Below are positions 8,022 through 15,599 of a stretch of 32,000 bases of DNA, in pieces. The translations under genes were made by a program, and so were the position numbers. The notes under the pieces are model-generated. The model ran no database searches, was not told where the DNA came from, and saw only the letters and a program-made list of their open reading frames with translations. Numbering within the stretch: position 1 is the first letter of the stretch; the number at the start of each line of letters is the position of its first letter. Source of the stretch: Delftia acidovorans NBRC 14950 (GTDB lineage Bacteria; Pseudomonadota; Gammaproteobacteria; Burkholderiales; Burkholderiaceae_C); the NCBI RefSeq assembly GCF_001598795.1, contig NZ_BCZP01000008.1, forward strand, positions 210,001 to 242,000, written 5' to 3'.

Positions 8022-8122
8022 CATGGAAAATGGCCCCCACGCTACCCTTGCTGCGCAAGGTCCGCTGCCCCCCGAGGGGGCTGCTTTTCATCTTGGGGCG
8101 GCCCGGCGATGAAAAAAGCCCC
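8022..8122. repeat. Structured intergenic repeat, copy A
   Basis: It aligns to 16623-16717 in the same orientation with 4 substitutions, a 5-nt indel and a 1-nt indel. It contains hairpins CCTTGC-TGC-GCAAGG (8046-8060), GCCCCC-CGA-GGGGGC (8067-8081) and TTTTCATC...GATGAAAA (8085-8115). Confidence 0.85.
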
Positions 8123-8147
8123 TGGCGCGTGGGCGCGCAGGGCTTTT
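8112..8147 (-). terminator. Terminator after the histidine kinase gene
   Basis: This is an imperfect hairpin, GCCCCTGGCGCG (8118-8129) / CGCGCAGGGC (8134-8143), with two bulges. It is flanked by A6 (8112-8117, the U-run on the minus transcript) and T4 (8144-8147). Confidence 0.6.
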
Positions 8148-8167
8148 GCATGGCGGGTGCTGCCGCT

Positions 8168-9547
8168 TCAGGCGGTGGCGACCGTACCGGCGCTTTTGTC
8201 CGTGGAGATCGGCGCCAGCGGGATGACGGCGGAGATCGCCGTGCCCTTGCCCAGTTCGGACGAGACGGTCAGGCGGCCGCCTGCGGCCTCCACGCGGTGG
8301 CGCATGCCGGCCAGCCCATGGGAGTTGGGGCGCATGGCCGAGGTCTCGAAGCCTTCGCCGTCGTCCTGGATCTGTACCGTCACATAGGTCGGATAGTTGT
8401 GCACGGAGACCAGGACATGGCTGGCCTTGGCATATTTGCCGATGTTGGTCAGCGACTCCTGGACGATGCGGTAGACCGTGAGCTGGGTGGATTCCGGCAG
8501 TTCCACCTGCTCCAGGTTGGCCGTGACTTCGATGCCGCTGCGCTCACCGAACTCGCGCGCCAGGATTTCCAGCGCCGTCGTCAGGCCCAGGTTGGACAGG
8601 GAGGAGGGGCGCAGGTCCTCGATGATGCGGCGCTTGAGGGCGATGCCGCTGTTGAGCGTCTCCACCAGATGGCTGACGCGTTCGCCCACGTCCGGCGCGC
8701 TGAGGTCGATCTTGGATTTGAGGCGCGCCACGTCGAGCTTGGCGGCCGTCAGCAGCGAGCCCAGCTCGTCGTGCAGTTCGCGCGCCAGGTGTCCGCGCTC
8801 GTCCTCGCGCACCTGCTGCAAGTGGTTGGCCAGTTCCGTCAGCGTGGCCGTGCGCTCGCGCACCAGGGCTTCGAGGCGGTTGCGCTCGTCGCGCTGGATC
8901 TCCTGCTCGCGCTGGTGGGCCTGCTGCAGCGCGTGCGCCTGGCGCAGGTACATGAAAAAGCCCAGCACGCCCAGGGCCGTGACCGTGGCGATGCCTATGC
9001 GCGACAGCGACAGCGTGTGCTCGATGTCCTGCAGGTTCTTGGCCGAGCGCTGGTCTATGCCTGACAGCAGCTTGCCCGTGTAGTCGCGGATGGCGTCCAT
9101 GTTCTCCATGCCCACGTCGGTGAACATGACGAAGCGCCAGGCCTCCTCGTTGCCCTGGCGGTACAGGCGCAGGCTGAGTTCCATCTCGCTCATCTTGCGT
9201 TCGACCTGGCGCGCCAGCGGGGTGAAGATCGCCAGCTCCTGCGGGTCGTAGATGAAGATCTGGCGCAGCTCGTCCATGTTGTAGTTGATGGCCGTGATCG
9301 CCTTGCTGTAGGGCTCCAGGTAGCGCTCCTCGCCCGTGAGCAGGTAGCCGCGCAGGCCGGTCTCCGCATCCAGCATCAGCCGCAGCAGCTGGCTGATCTC
9401 CGAGCGGGTGTTCTGGGTCTGGGTCATGGCCTCCAGCGCCTTGGTGGAGCGCTTGTAGCTGGCCTCGTTAATGCTCACCAGCAGCACGGCCGCGACGATG
9501 GCGAATGCCAGGCTGATCGCAATTCTTCGGAAATTTATCCAACGCAT
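8168..9547 (-). CDS. Sensor histidine kinase, CHASE3-type periplasmic sensor + HisKA_3 + HATPase_c
   Basis: The CHASE3 hallmark is ...LLRLMLDAETGLRGYLLTGEERYLEPY, flanked by two TM segments. Kinase motifs are the H-box ARELHDELGSLLTAAK, N-box QESLTNIGKYA, and DDGEGF / GLAGMRHRVE. The start was chosen at MRWINF (GAGAGG 6 nt upstream); 9553 and 9589 are alternatives. Confidence 0.88.
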   Translation of the reverse strand: MRWINFRRIAISLAFAIVAAVLLVSINEASYKRSTKALEAMTQTQNTRSEISQLLRLMLDAETGLRGYLLTGEERYLEPYSKAITAINYNMDELRQIFIYDPQELAIFTPLARQVERKMSEMELSLRLYRQGNEEAWRFVMFTDVGMENMDAIRDYTGKLLSGIDQRSAKNLQDIEHTLSLSRIGIATVTALGVLGFFMYLRQAHALQQAHQREQEIQRDERNRLEALVRERTATLTELANHLQQVREDERGHLARELHDELGSLLTAAKLDVARLKSKIDLSAPDVGERVSHLVETLNSGIALKRRIIEDLRPSSLSNLGLTTALEILAREFGERSGIEVTANLEQVELPESTQLTVYRIVQESLTNIGKYAKASHVLVSVHNYPTYVTVQIQDDGEGFETSAMRPNSHGLAGMRHRVEAAGGRLTVSSELGKGTAISAVIPLAPISTDKSAGTVATA

Positions 9548-9584
9548 AAGCATCCTCTCACCTACAAGATCTTCGCCGATATTC

Positions 9585-9592
9585 TGCATAAT
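9585..9592 (+). promoter_or_regulatory. TGCATAAT, candidate -10 element upstream of the NarL-type regulator gene
   Basis: The octamer is identical to those at 4779 and 14907 and lies 99 nt before ATG 9691. An 8-bp hairpin GACCAGCG-ATCC-CGCTGGTC (9652-9671) sits in the putative leader. Confidence 0.3.
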
Positions 9593-9690
9593 TCGTGTTA
9601 TCGGCTGCCGGGGCAGTTCCTGCGCCGGCCGTTACCATATATTGTTTGCACGACCAGCGATCCCGCTGGTCCCCCGAAAAAGAGGTATTC

Positions 9691-10305
9691 ATGATCAGAA
9701 TTGGCATTGTGGACGACCATGCAATTGTGCGCTCGGGCCTGCGTCAGTTTCTCTCGGAACACGTGGACCTGCGTGTAGTCGGTGAGGCCATCGATCTGGT
9801 GCGTGCCCACGAGATCGACGTGCTGTTGATGGACCTGTCCATGCCGGGCCAAAGCGGTATCGACGCGCTGGCCATGCTGCGCGCCAAGGCGCCGGACATG
9901 GGCATCCTGATCCTGAGCGGCTATCCCGAGGAGCACTACGCGATCAACCTGATCCGCCAGGGCGCCAGCGGCTACCTGAACAAGGAATGCGATCCCCAGG
10001 AGATTGCCGAAGCGATCCGCACCGTGGCCCTGGGCCGCCGCTACCTGACGCCCGCCGTGGCCGACCTGCTGGCCCAGCAGCTCAACCGCAAGGATGACGC
10101 GCCAGCGCATGAACAGCTGTCCGAGCGTGAGTTCCAGGTCTTCCTCAAGCTCGCGCGTGGCGAAACCGCAGGTGATATTGCAAAGTCGCTTTCGCTGAGC
10201 GTAAAGACGGTCAGCACCTATCGCACGCGACTCATGGAGAAAATGGGATTGTCGTCCAACAGCGATCTGACGTATTACGCACTGAAGAACAGACTGATCG
10301 ATTGA
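9691..10305 (+). CDS. NarL/FixJ-family response regulator (REC + LuxR-type HTH)
   Basis: MIRIGIVDDHAIVRSGL, acceptor region VLLMDLSMPG, ILSGY and GYLNKE define the receiver. The HTH reads LSEREFQVFLKLARGETAGDIAKSLSLSVKTVSTYRTRLMEKMG. AGAGG lies upstream of ATG 9691, and the gene is divergent from the kinase gene. Confidence 0.9.
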   Translation: MIRIGIVDDHAIVRSGLRQFLSEHVDLRVVGEAIDLVRAHEIDVLLMDLSMPGQSGIDALAMLRAKAPDMGILILSGYPEEHYAINLIRQGASGYLNKECDPQEIAEAIRTVALGRRYLTPAVADLLAQQLNRKDDAPAHEQLSEREFQVFLKLARGETAGDIAKSLSLSVKTVSTYRTRLMEKMGLSSNSDLTYYALKNRLID

Positions 10306-10327
10306 TTTTCAGTCAATAGAAAATACG

Positions 10328-10362
10328 GGCTGCACGATTATCAAGTCGTGCAGCCTTTTTCT
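10328..10362. terminator. Bidirectional terminator between convergent regulator genes
   Basis: The stem is GGCTGCACGA (10328-10337) / TCGTGCAGCC (10346-10355), followed by TTTTTCTTT. AAAATA precedes it on the left. Confidence 0.8.
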
Positions 10363-10393
10363 TTGATGAAAAATCAAATGCAGTGCTTTGGGT

Positions 10394-10822
10394 TCAGGCT
10401 GTTTTGAGTTGGTTGAGTGACGCCGCATCGATATTCATGCAATAGTCCATGAGTGCGTCGATTTCATTGGACTTGTCGAAGACGGCATCCACACCGAGTT
10501 GGGCGCAGCGGCTGCGGATGTCGGGTGTGGCGTAGTTGCTGAGCACCACGATCTTCTGGTGCGGCTGGCGCTCGCGGCAGGCGGTGAGCACACCCAGGCC
10601 GCTGCCCTGGCGCAGGAACAGGTCGACGATGGCGAGATCCCATGCGTCGGGGTTCTGCTGAAGCCAGTCCGTCCCCGCGCTCTCCGTCTCGGCGATGCCC
10701 ACGGCCTCGACATCGGCCAGTTCTTCGAGCGTGGCGATCAGGTTCTCGCGGATCGTAGGGTTGTCTTCAACAAGATAGGTGCGCAATTTCACGGCTGTAT
10801 CCAATAGGGACGCGGATGGCAA
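10394..10822 (-). CDS. Single-domain CheY-like response regulator
   Basis: It is receiver-only: LRTYLVEDN, WDLAIVDLFL (acceptor Asp), IVVLSN and VFDKS. The start is uncertain between the TTG at 10822 (track) and the GTG at the complement of 10790-10792 (MKLRTYLVEDN); no clear SD precedes either. Confidence 0.8.
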   Translation of the reverse strand: MPSASLLDTAVKLRTYLVEDNPTIRENLIATLEELADVEAVGIAETESAGTDWLQQNPDAWDLAIVDLFLRQGSGLGVLTACRERQPHQKIVVLSNYATPDIRSRCAQLGVDAVFDKSNEIDALMDYCMNIDAASLNQLKTA

Positions 10823-10911
10823 TCGGAGTCCGGTGGAGCCCGGCCTTCATTGTCCTGCGCGACAGCGGGCGATTGTGCCAGTGAGGGATCGGCGTGGGGG
10901 TCAGCCGATTC

Positions 10912-11664
10912 CTACGCCTTGTTACCGCAAACGGGACATTCCGGTACACGAGTGGTTTGCATGCTACTCCAATCCAGGCTGCGGCTGTCGAACATGGTCA
11001 GGCGGTTTGTTGCAGGCGTGCCAAATCCCGCGATCAGCTTGAGGGCTTCCGCCGCCTGCAGCGTGCCCATGACGCCCACCACGGGCGCGAAGACGCCCAT
11101 GGTCGAGCACTGCACTTCCTCGAACTGCGCATCGGGCGGGAACACGCAGGCATAGCAGGCGCAGTTCTCGTCGCGCGGGTCTATGACCATGAGCTGGCCG
11201 TCCAGCCGGATGGCCGCCCCCGCCACCAGGGGCACCTTGTGCCGCACACAGGCCGCGTTGATCATGTGGCGCGTGCGGTAGTTGTCCGTGCAGTCCAGCA
11301 CCAGGCTGGCCTGGGGCACGAGCTCGTCGAGCAGCGCGTCGTCGGCGCGCTGCTGGCGGCAGTCGATGCGGATGCCGGGGTTGATGGCGTGCACGGCCGT
11401 GCGTATGGATTCCACCTTGGGCTGGCCCACGCGATCCGTGGTGTGCGCGATCTGGCGCTGCAGGTTGGTCATGTCCACCGCATCGTCGTCCACCAGGGTG
11501 ATGCGGCCTATGCCGGCCGAGCCCAGGTACAGCGCGGCGGGCGCGCCCAGGCCGCCTGCGCCGATGATGAGCACATGCGCCGCCAGGATGCGCTCCTGGC
11601 CTTCGATGCCGATTTCGTCGAGAAGGATGTGGCGCGAGTAGCGCAGCAGTTGATCGTCGTTCAT
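10912..11664 (-). CDS. moeB: MoeB/ThiF-family adenylyltransferase (probable molybdopterin-synthase adenylyltransferase)
   Basis: MNDDQLLRYSRHILLDEIGIEGQERIL, the nucleotide loop IIGAGGLGAP, and Cys pairs NCACYAC and ECPVCG. The ATG at the complement of 11662-11664 has GGAG upstream. Confidence 0.8.
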   Translation of the reverse strand: MNDDQLLRYSRHILLDEIGIEGQERILAAHVLIIGAGGLGAPAALYLGSAGIGRITLVDDDAVDMTNLQRQIAHTTDRVGQPKVESIRTAVHAINPGIRIDCRQQRADDALLDELVPQASLVLDCTDNYRTRHMINAACVRHKVPLVAGAAIRLDGQLMVIDPRDENCACYACVFPPDAQFEEVQCSTMGVFAPVVGVMGTLQAAEALKLIAGFGTPATNRLTMFDSRSLDWSSMQTTRVPECPVCGNKA

Positions 11665-11740
11665 TCGCGTCTCCAGACGTGAAAAAGCCGGGCGCAAGGC
11701 CCGGCTTGGTGCAGGCGCGGACCCGGTCCGCGCCGCGCTG

Positions 11741-13177
11741 TCAGTTTTCCTTCTTCTCGGGCTCGCGCTCGGTCAGGGTCTTGCTGACCATGACGGGCTG
11801 GCCCTTGAGGCGGTTGAGCGCCTGCTGCAGCTGGAAGTCCTTTTCGGTGCCGAACTCGGGCAGGCGGCGTTCGGCCGGCGGCTTCTTGGCTTCCTCTTCC
11901 AGGCGCTTGCGGGCTTCCTCGCGGGCCTTCTCGCGCACCTCGTCCTTGACCTCGGCACCCTGTCCGCTGGACAGGTGCTTTTCCAGGTCGGCCTCGCGCA
12001 TGCGCAGGGCGGCGAACAGGTCACCTTCGGGCGTCTCATCCACCATCACGTCGGGCACGATGCCCTTGGCCTGGATGGACTTGCCGCTGGGCGTGTAGTA
12101 GCGCGCCGTGGTCAGCTTCAGGCCCGTATCGGGGCCCAGGGGGCGCACGGTCTGCACGGAGCCCTTGCCGAAGGTCTGGCTGCCCATGATGATGGCGCGC
12201 TTGTGGTCCTGCAGTGCGCCGGCCACGATCTCGCTGGCCGAGGCCGAGCCTTCGTTGACCAGCACCACCAGCGGCAGCTTCTTGAGCGAGGCGGGCAGGC
12301 GCTGCAGCGGGTCACCCATGCCGCGGCGGGCATAGAAGCTGGGCGATGCCTTGTAGGTTTCCTTGCTCTCGGCCAGTTGGCCGTTGGTGGAGACCACGGT
12401 CACATCCGGCGGCAGGAAGGCTGCCGAGATGGCGACGGCAGCGTCCAGCAGGCCGCCCGGGTCGTTGCGCAGGTCCAGAACCAGGCCCTTCATGTTGGGG
12501 TCCTGCTTGTACAGTTCCTCGACCTTGCGCACGAAGTCGTCCACCGTGCGTTCCTGGAACTGGCTCAGGCGGATCCAGCCGTAGCCGGGCTCGATCACCT
12601 TGCCCTTGACGGACTGCGTCTTGATTTCTTCGCGCGTGATGGTCACGGGGAAGCTGCGGCTTTCATCCTTGCGCAGGATGGTCAGCTGCACCTTGGTGTT
12701 GGGCTCGCCGCGCATGCGCTTGACGGCGTCGTTGAGCGACAGGCCCTTGACGGCCGTGTCGTCGATCTTGGTGATCAGGTCGCCCGTCTTGAGGCCGGCG
12801 CGGAAGGCGGGGGAGCCTTCGATGGGCGAGACGACCTTGATCAGGCCGTCTTCCTGCGTGATCTCGATGCCCACGCCGACGAAGCGGCCCGAGGTGCCCT
12901 CGCGGAATTCCTTGTAGGACTTCTTGTCGAAGTACTGCGAATGCGGATCGAGGCTGGACACCATGCCGGAGATGGCATCGGTGATCAGCTTCTTGTCATC
13001 GACCGACTCGACATAGTCGGTCTTGATCAGGCCGAAGACGGCGGACAGCTGCTGGATTTCCTCCAGCGGCAGCGGGGTCATGGCACCGCGGGCCACGGTC
13101 TGCAAGGAAACCGTGGTCAGTGCTCCGGCGATTACGCCTACGGAAACCCAGCCGGCAATTTTGATTTTCTGGCCCAT
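11741..13177 (-). CDS. ctpA: Carboxy-terminal processing protease, S41 family
   Basis: It has an N-terminal anchor, a PDZ region (GIEITQEDGLIKVVSPIEGSPAFRAGLKTGDLITKID), the Ser region VLVNEGSASASEIVAGALQD and the Lys region TFGKGSVQT. Its position next to gpm and the rhodanese-grx-secB block matches what I recall for Pseudomonas ctpA. Confidence 0.88.
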   Translation of the reverse strand: MGQKIKIAGWVSVGVIAGALTTVSLQTVARGAMTPLPLEEIQQLSAVFGLIKTDYVESVDDKKLITDAISGMVSSLDPHSQYFDKKSYKEFREGTSGRFVGVGIEITQEDGLIKVVSPIEGSPAFRAGLKTGDLITKIDDTAVKGLSLNDAVKRMRGEPNTKVQLTILRKDESRSFPVTITREEIKTQSVKGKVIEPGYGWIRLSQFQERTVDDFVRKVEELYKQDPNMKGLVLDLRNDPGGLLDAAVAISAAFLPPDVTVVSTNGQLAESKETYKASPSFYARRGMGDPLQRLPASLKKLPLVVLVNEGSASASEIVAGALQDHKRAIIMGSQTFGKGSVQTVRPLGPDTGLKLTTARYYTPSGKSIQAKGIVPDVMVDETPEGDLFAALRMREADLEKHLSSGQGAEVKDEVREKAREEARKRLEEEAKKPPAERRLPEFGTEKDFQLQQALNRLKGQPVMVSKTLTEREPEKKEN

Positions 13178-13298
13178 ATCACCCCTTTAACCGCGTCAAT
13201 ATACACCCGCTTGGAAAGGCAAGCGCCCGCGTGGTTCCCTAAAAACGGCGCAGCAAGCGCAATTTCCGCAGCAGGCGCTCACCTCAAGCGGGCCCGGC

Positions 13299-14042
13299 TC
13301 AGGCCTTGCCCTGTGCGGCCACGGCGGCTGCAGCCTTGGCGGCAGCTTCTGCATCGCCCAGGTAATAGTGGCGAATGGGCTTGAGATCGGCATCCAGCTC
13401 ATAGACCAGCGGAATGCCATTGGGCACGTTGACGCCGACGATGGCGTCATCCGAGATGCCGTCCAGGTACTTGATCAGCGCGCGGATGGAGTTGCCGTGG
13501 GCCGCGACCACGACGCGCTTGCCGGACAGGATGGCGGGCGCGATGGACTCGTTCCAGAACGGCAGAACGCGGGCTACCGTGTCCTTCAGGCATTCGGTCA
13601 GCGGCACCTGGCTGGGGTCCAGCTGGGCATAGCGCACGTCGCTGCGCTCGCTGCGCGGGTCTTGCGGCTCCAGGGCCGGCGGGGGCGTGTCGTAGCTGCG
13701 GCGCCACACCAGCACCTGGGCGTCGCCGTATTGCTTGGCCATGTCCGCCTTGTTCAGGCCCTGCAGGCCGCCGTAGTGGCGCTCGTTCAGGCGCCAGCTG
13801 TGCTGCACTGGCAGCCAGGTGCGGTCCATTTCGTCCAGCGTGTGCCACAGCGTGCGCGTGGCGCGCTTGAGCACGCTGGTGTAGGCCAGGTCGAAGTCAT
13901 AGCCTTCGGCCTTGAGCAGGCGGCCGGCGTTCTTGGCCTGCTCGACGCCGGTGGCGGTCAGGTCCACATCGGTCCAGCCGGTGAAGCGGTTTTCGAGGTT
14001 CCAGGTGGATTCACCGTGGCGGATCAGCACGAGCTTGTACAT
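13299..14042 (-). CDS. gpmA: 2,3-bisphosphoglycerate-dependent phosphoglycerate mutase
   Basis: [28 protein letters not shown] (RHGE catalytic motif), with a second His in [12 protein letters not shown]. Confidence 0.95.
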   Translation of the reverse strand: MYKLVLIRHGESTWNLENRFTGWTDVDLTATGVEQAKNAGRLLKAEGYDFDLAYTSVLKRATRTLWHTLDEMDRTWLPVQHSWRLNERHYGGLQGLNKADMAKQYGDAQVLVWRRSYDTPPPALEPQDPRSERSDVRYAQLDPSQVPLTECLKDTVARVLPFWNESIAPAILSGKRVVVAAHGNSIRALIKYLDGISDDAIVGVNVPNGIPLVYELDADLKPIRHYYLGDAEAAAKAAAAVAAQGKA

Positions 14043-14140
14043 GGCGGCTTTCTAAGTCTCTCGATGCGACAAAGCTGGGCTGTCGCGGGGGCAAAAGCCA
14101 GCATTCTAGAATTGACAGGTTTGCCAACCCAAGGAATGAC

Positions 14141-14548
14141 GTGAAATTCATCATCGATAACTGGTATTTGATCCTGATCGCGCTGGCTTCCGGCGTGATG
14201 CTGCTGCTGCCCCTGGTGCGCGGCGCAGGCGGCGGCTCGCTGACGGCGGCGCAGGCCGTGCAACTGATCAACCGCCAAAAGGCCGTGGTCATCGATGTCT
14301 GCGAGCCCGAAGAGTACGCGGCCGCCCATGCCAACGGCGCCAAGAATGTGCCGCTGAGCCAGTTCGAGGAAAAGCTGCCCACCACCGTGAAGAACAAGGC
14401 GCTGCCGCTGGTGCTGATCTGCACCAAGGGCAACCGCGCCTCCCGTGCCGAAGGCATTGCGAAGAAGCTGGGCTACGAAAAGGCCCAGGCCCTGGCCGGT
14501 GGCCTGAAGGCCTGGCGCGATGCCGGCATGCCGGTTGAAAAGGCCTGA
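14141..14548 (+). CDS. Rhodanese-like domain protein with N-terminal membrane anchor (YibN-like)
   Basis: The TM anchor is WYLILIALASGVMLLLPLV and the active-site loop is LICTKGNRASRA (CxxxxxR). The GTG start at 14141 has AAGGA 6 nt upstream. It is followed by grxC-secB-gpsA as in E. coli yibN. Confidence 0.85.
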   Translation: MKFIIDNWYLILIALASGVMLLLPLVRGAGGGSLTAAQAVQLINRQKAVVIDVCEPEEYAAAHANGAKNVPLSQFEEKLPTTVKNKALPLVLICTKGNRASRAEGIAKKLGYEKAQALAGGLKAWRDAGMPVEKA

Positions 14549-14636
14549 GACGCCCCCATCTGACGGCGATGGAAGCCGCTGCTCCGCGCCCCGGGCGCCA
14601 GCCGGCGGCACGCCGCAAACTCGAAGAAAGACGCAC

Positions 14637-14894
14637 ATGCAAGCCGTGAAGATGTACACCACCGCTGTCTGCCCCTATTGCATCCGGGCCAAGCAGATCC
14701 TCAAGTCCAAGGGCGTGGAGCAGATCGAAGAGATCCGCATCGACACCGATCCGGCCGCGCGCGACGTGATGATGCAGAGCACGGGCCGCCGCACGGTGCC
14801 CCAGATCTTCATCGGCGACCACCATGTGGGCGGCTGCGACGACCTGATGGCGCTGGACGCCGACGGCGGTCTGGTGCCTCTGCTGCAAAGCTGA
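14637..14894 (+). CDS. grxC: Glutaredoxin 3
   Basis: MQAVKMYTTAVCPYCIRAKQILKSKG (CPYC), TVPQIFIGDHHVGGCDDL. The ATG at 14637 lies within the longer track ORF. Confidence 0.92.
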   Translation: MQAVKMYTTAVCPYCIRAKQILKSKGVEQIEEIRIDTDPAARDVMMQSTGRRTVPQIFIGDHHVGGCDDLMALDADGGLVPLLQS

Positions 14895-14906
14895 AACACG
14901 GGCACT

Positions 14907-14914
14907 GCATAATG
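14907..14914 (+). promoter_or_regulatory. TGCATAAT, candidate -10 element upstream of secB
   Basis: This is the third copy of the octamer. It lies 13 nt after the grxC stop and 110 nt before the secB ATG. Confidence 0.3.
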
Positions 14915-14926
14915 CTGGCCCAGGTG

Positions 14927-14960
14927 CCCGCTGCGCAAGCTCTTGGCAGCGGGCATTTTG
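14927..14960 (+). terminator. Terminator-like hairpin 1 between grxC and secB
   Basis: The stem is GCCCGCTGC (14927-14935) / GCAGCGGGC (14947-14955), followed by ATTTTGTT. Confidence 0.65.
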
Positions 14961-14979
14961 TTGGTGATTTTTTTGATGC

Positions 14980-15005
14980 CCTGGTCACCGCACCAGGGTT
15001 TTTTG
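14980..15005 (+). terminator. Terminator-like hairpin 2, 18 nt upstream of secB ATG
   Basis: The stem is CCCTGGT (14980-14986) / ACCAGGG (14993-14999) with loop CACCGC, followed by TTTTTT (15000-15005). Confidence 0.7.
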
Positions 15006-15023
15006 CCCAGAAAGACTGATTCC

Positions 15024-15479
15024 ATGGCCGAACAGGACACTCCCGTCTTCCAGATCCAGCGCGTCTACCTCAAGGACCTGTCGCTGGAGCAGCCCAATTC
15101 GCCCGCCATCCTGCTGGAGCAGGAGCAGCCCAGCGTGGACATCCAGCTTGGCGTCGAGGCGACTCCCGTGGCCGAAGGCATCTACGAAGTGGCCGTGACC
15201 GCCACCGTGCAGACCAAGATCCAGGACAAGACCGTTTTCCTGGTCGAGGCCAAGCAGGCCGGCATCTTCGAGATCCGCAATGTGCCCGAAGACCAGATGG
15301 GTGGCGTGATCGGCATTGCCTGCCCCCAGATCATCTATCCCTACCTGCGCGGCAACGTGGCTGACGTGGTCACCCGCGCCGGCTTCCCGCCCGTGCACCT
15401 GGCCGAGATCAACTTCCAGGCCATGTACGAGCAGCAGCAGGCAGCCGCCCAGGCGGACGGCAACTCGCTGCCGCAGTAA
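15024..15479 (+). CDS. secB: Protein-export chaperone SecB
   Basis: [27 protein letters not shown]..., [17 protein letters not shown]..., [39 protein letters not shown]. Confidence 0.93.
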   Translation: MAEQDTPVFQIQRVYLKDLSLEQPNSPAILLEQEQPSVDIQLGVEATPVAEGIYEVAVTATVQTKIQDKTVFLVEAKQAGIFEIRNVPEDQMGGVIGIACPQIIYPYLRGNVADVVTRAGFPPVHLAEINFQAMYEQQQAAAQADGNSLPQ

Positions 15480-15543
15480 GCCGGTCCATTCCCGGACGAT
15501 GTGATTTGCGCCCAGGCGCGTCGCATCGCTGTGGTACAAGAAA

Positions 15544-15567
15544 AGAGGCCCGAGGGCCTCTTTTTTT
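15544..15567 (+). terminator. Terminator-like hairpin between secB and gpsA
   Basis: The stem is AGAGGCC (15544-15550) / GGCCTCT (15555-15561) with loop CGAG, followed by a T-run to 15567. The gpsA ATG is 32 nt further on. Confidence 0.7.
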
Positions 15568-15599
15568 CATCAACGTCGCTTCTTCAACGTCGAGCAGAT

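Noticed and set aside
7809-8024. N-terminal extension of the DUF1328 ORF (track 7647..8024) and a GGTTCGACT T-loop-like string near 7877
   Set aside because: A strong AAGGAG plus ATG at 7808 gives the canonical 53-aa protein, and the extension is Pro-rich with no support. The T-loop-like string lacks complementary T-stem arms or any cloverleaf, so it is not a tRNA.
7942-8151. Small ORFs across the intergenic repeat copies (7942..8151(-), 7965..8387(+), 16618..16839(+), 16684..16932(-))
   Set aside because: A 5-nt indel between the two repeat copies destroys any common reading frame, so the conservation is at the nucleotide and structure level.
8030-9083. ORFs 8030..9064(+) and 8478..9083(+)
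   Set aside because: They are antisense to the well-supported histidine kinase gene, with repetitive low-complexity translations.
11975-13384. ORF 11975..13384(+), 469 aa
   Set aside because: It is antisense to the S41 protease gene and has a Gly/Ala/Asp/His/Leu-rich shadow translation.
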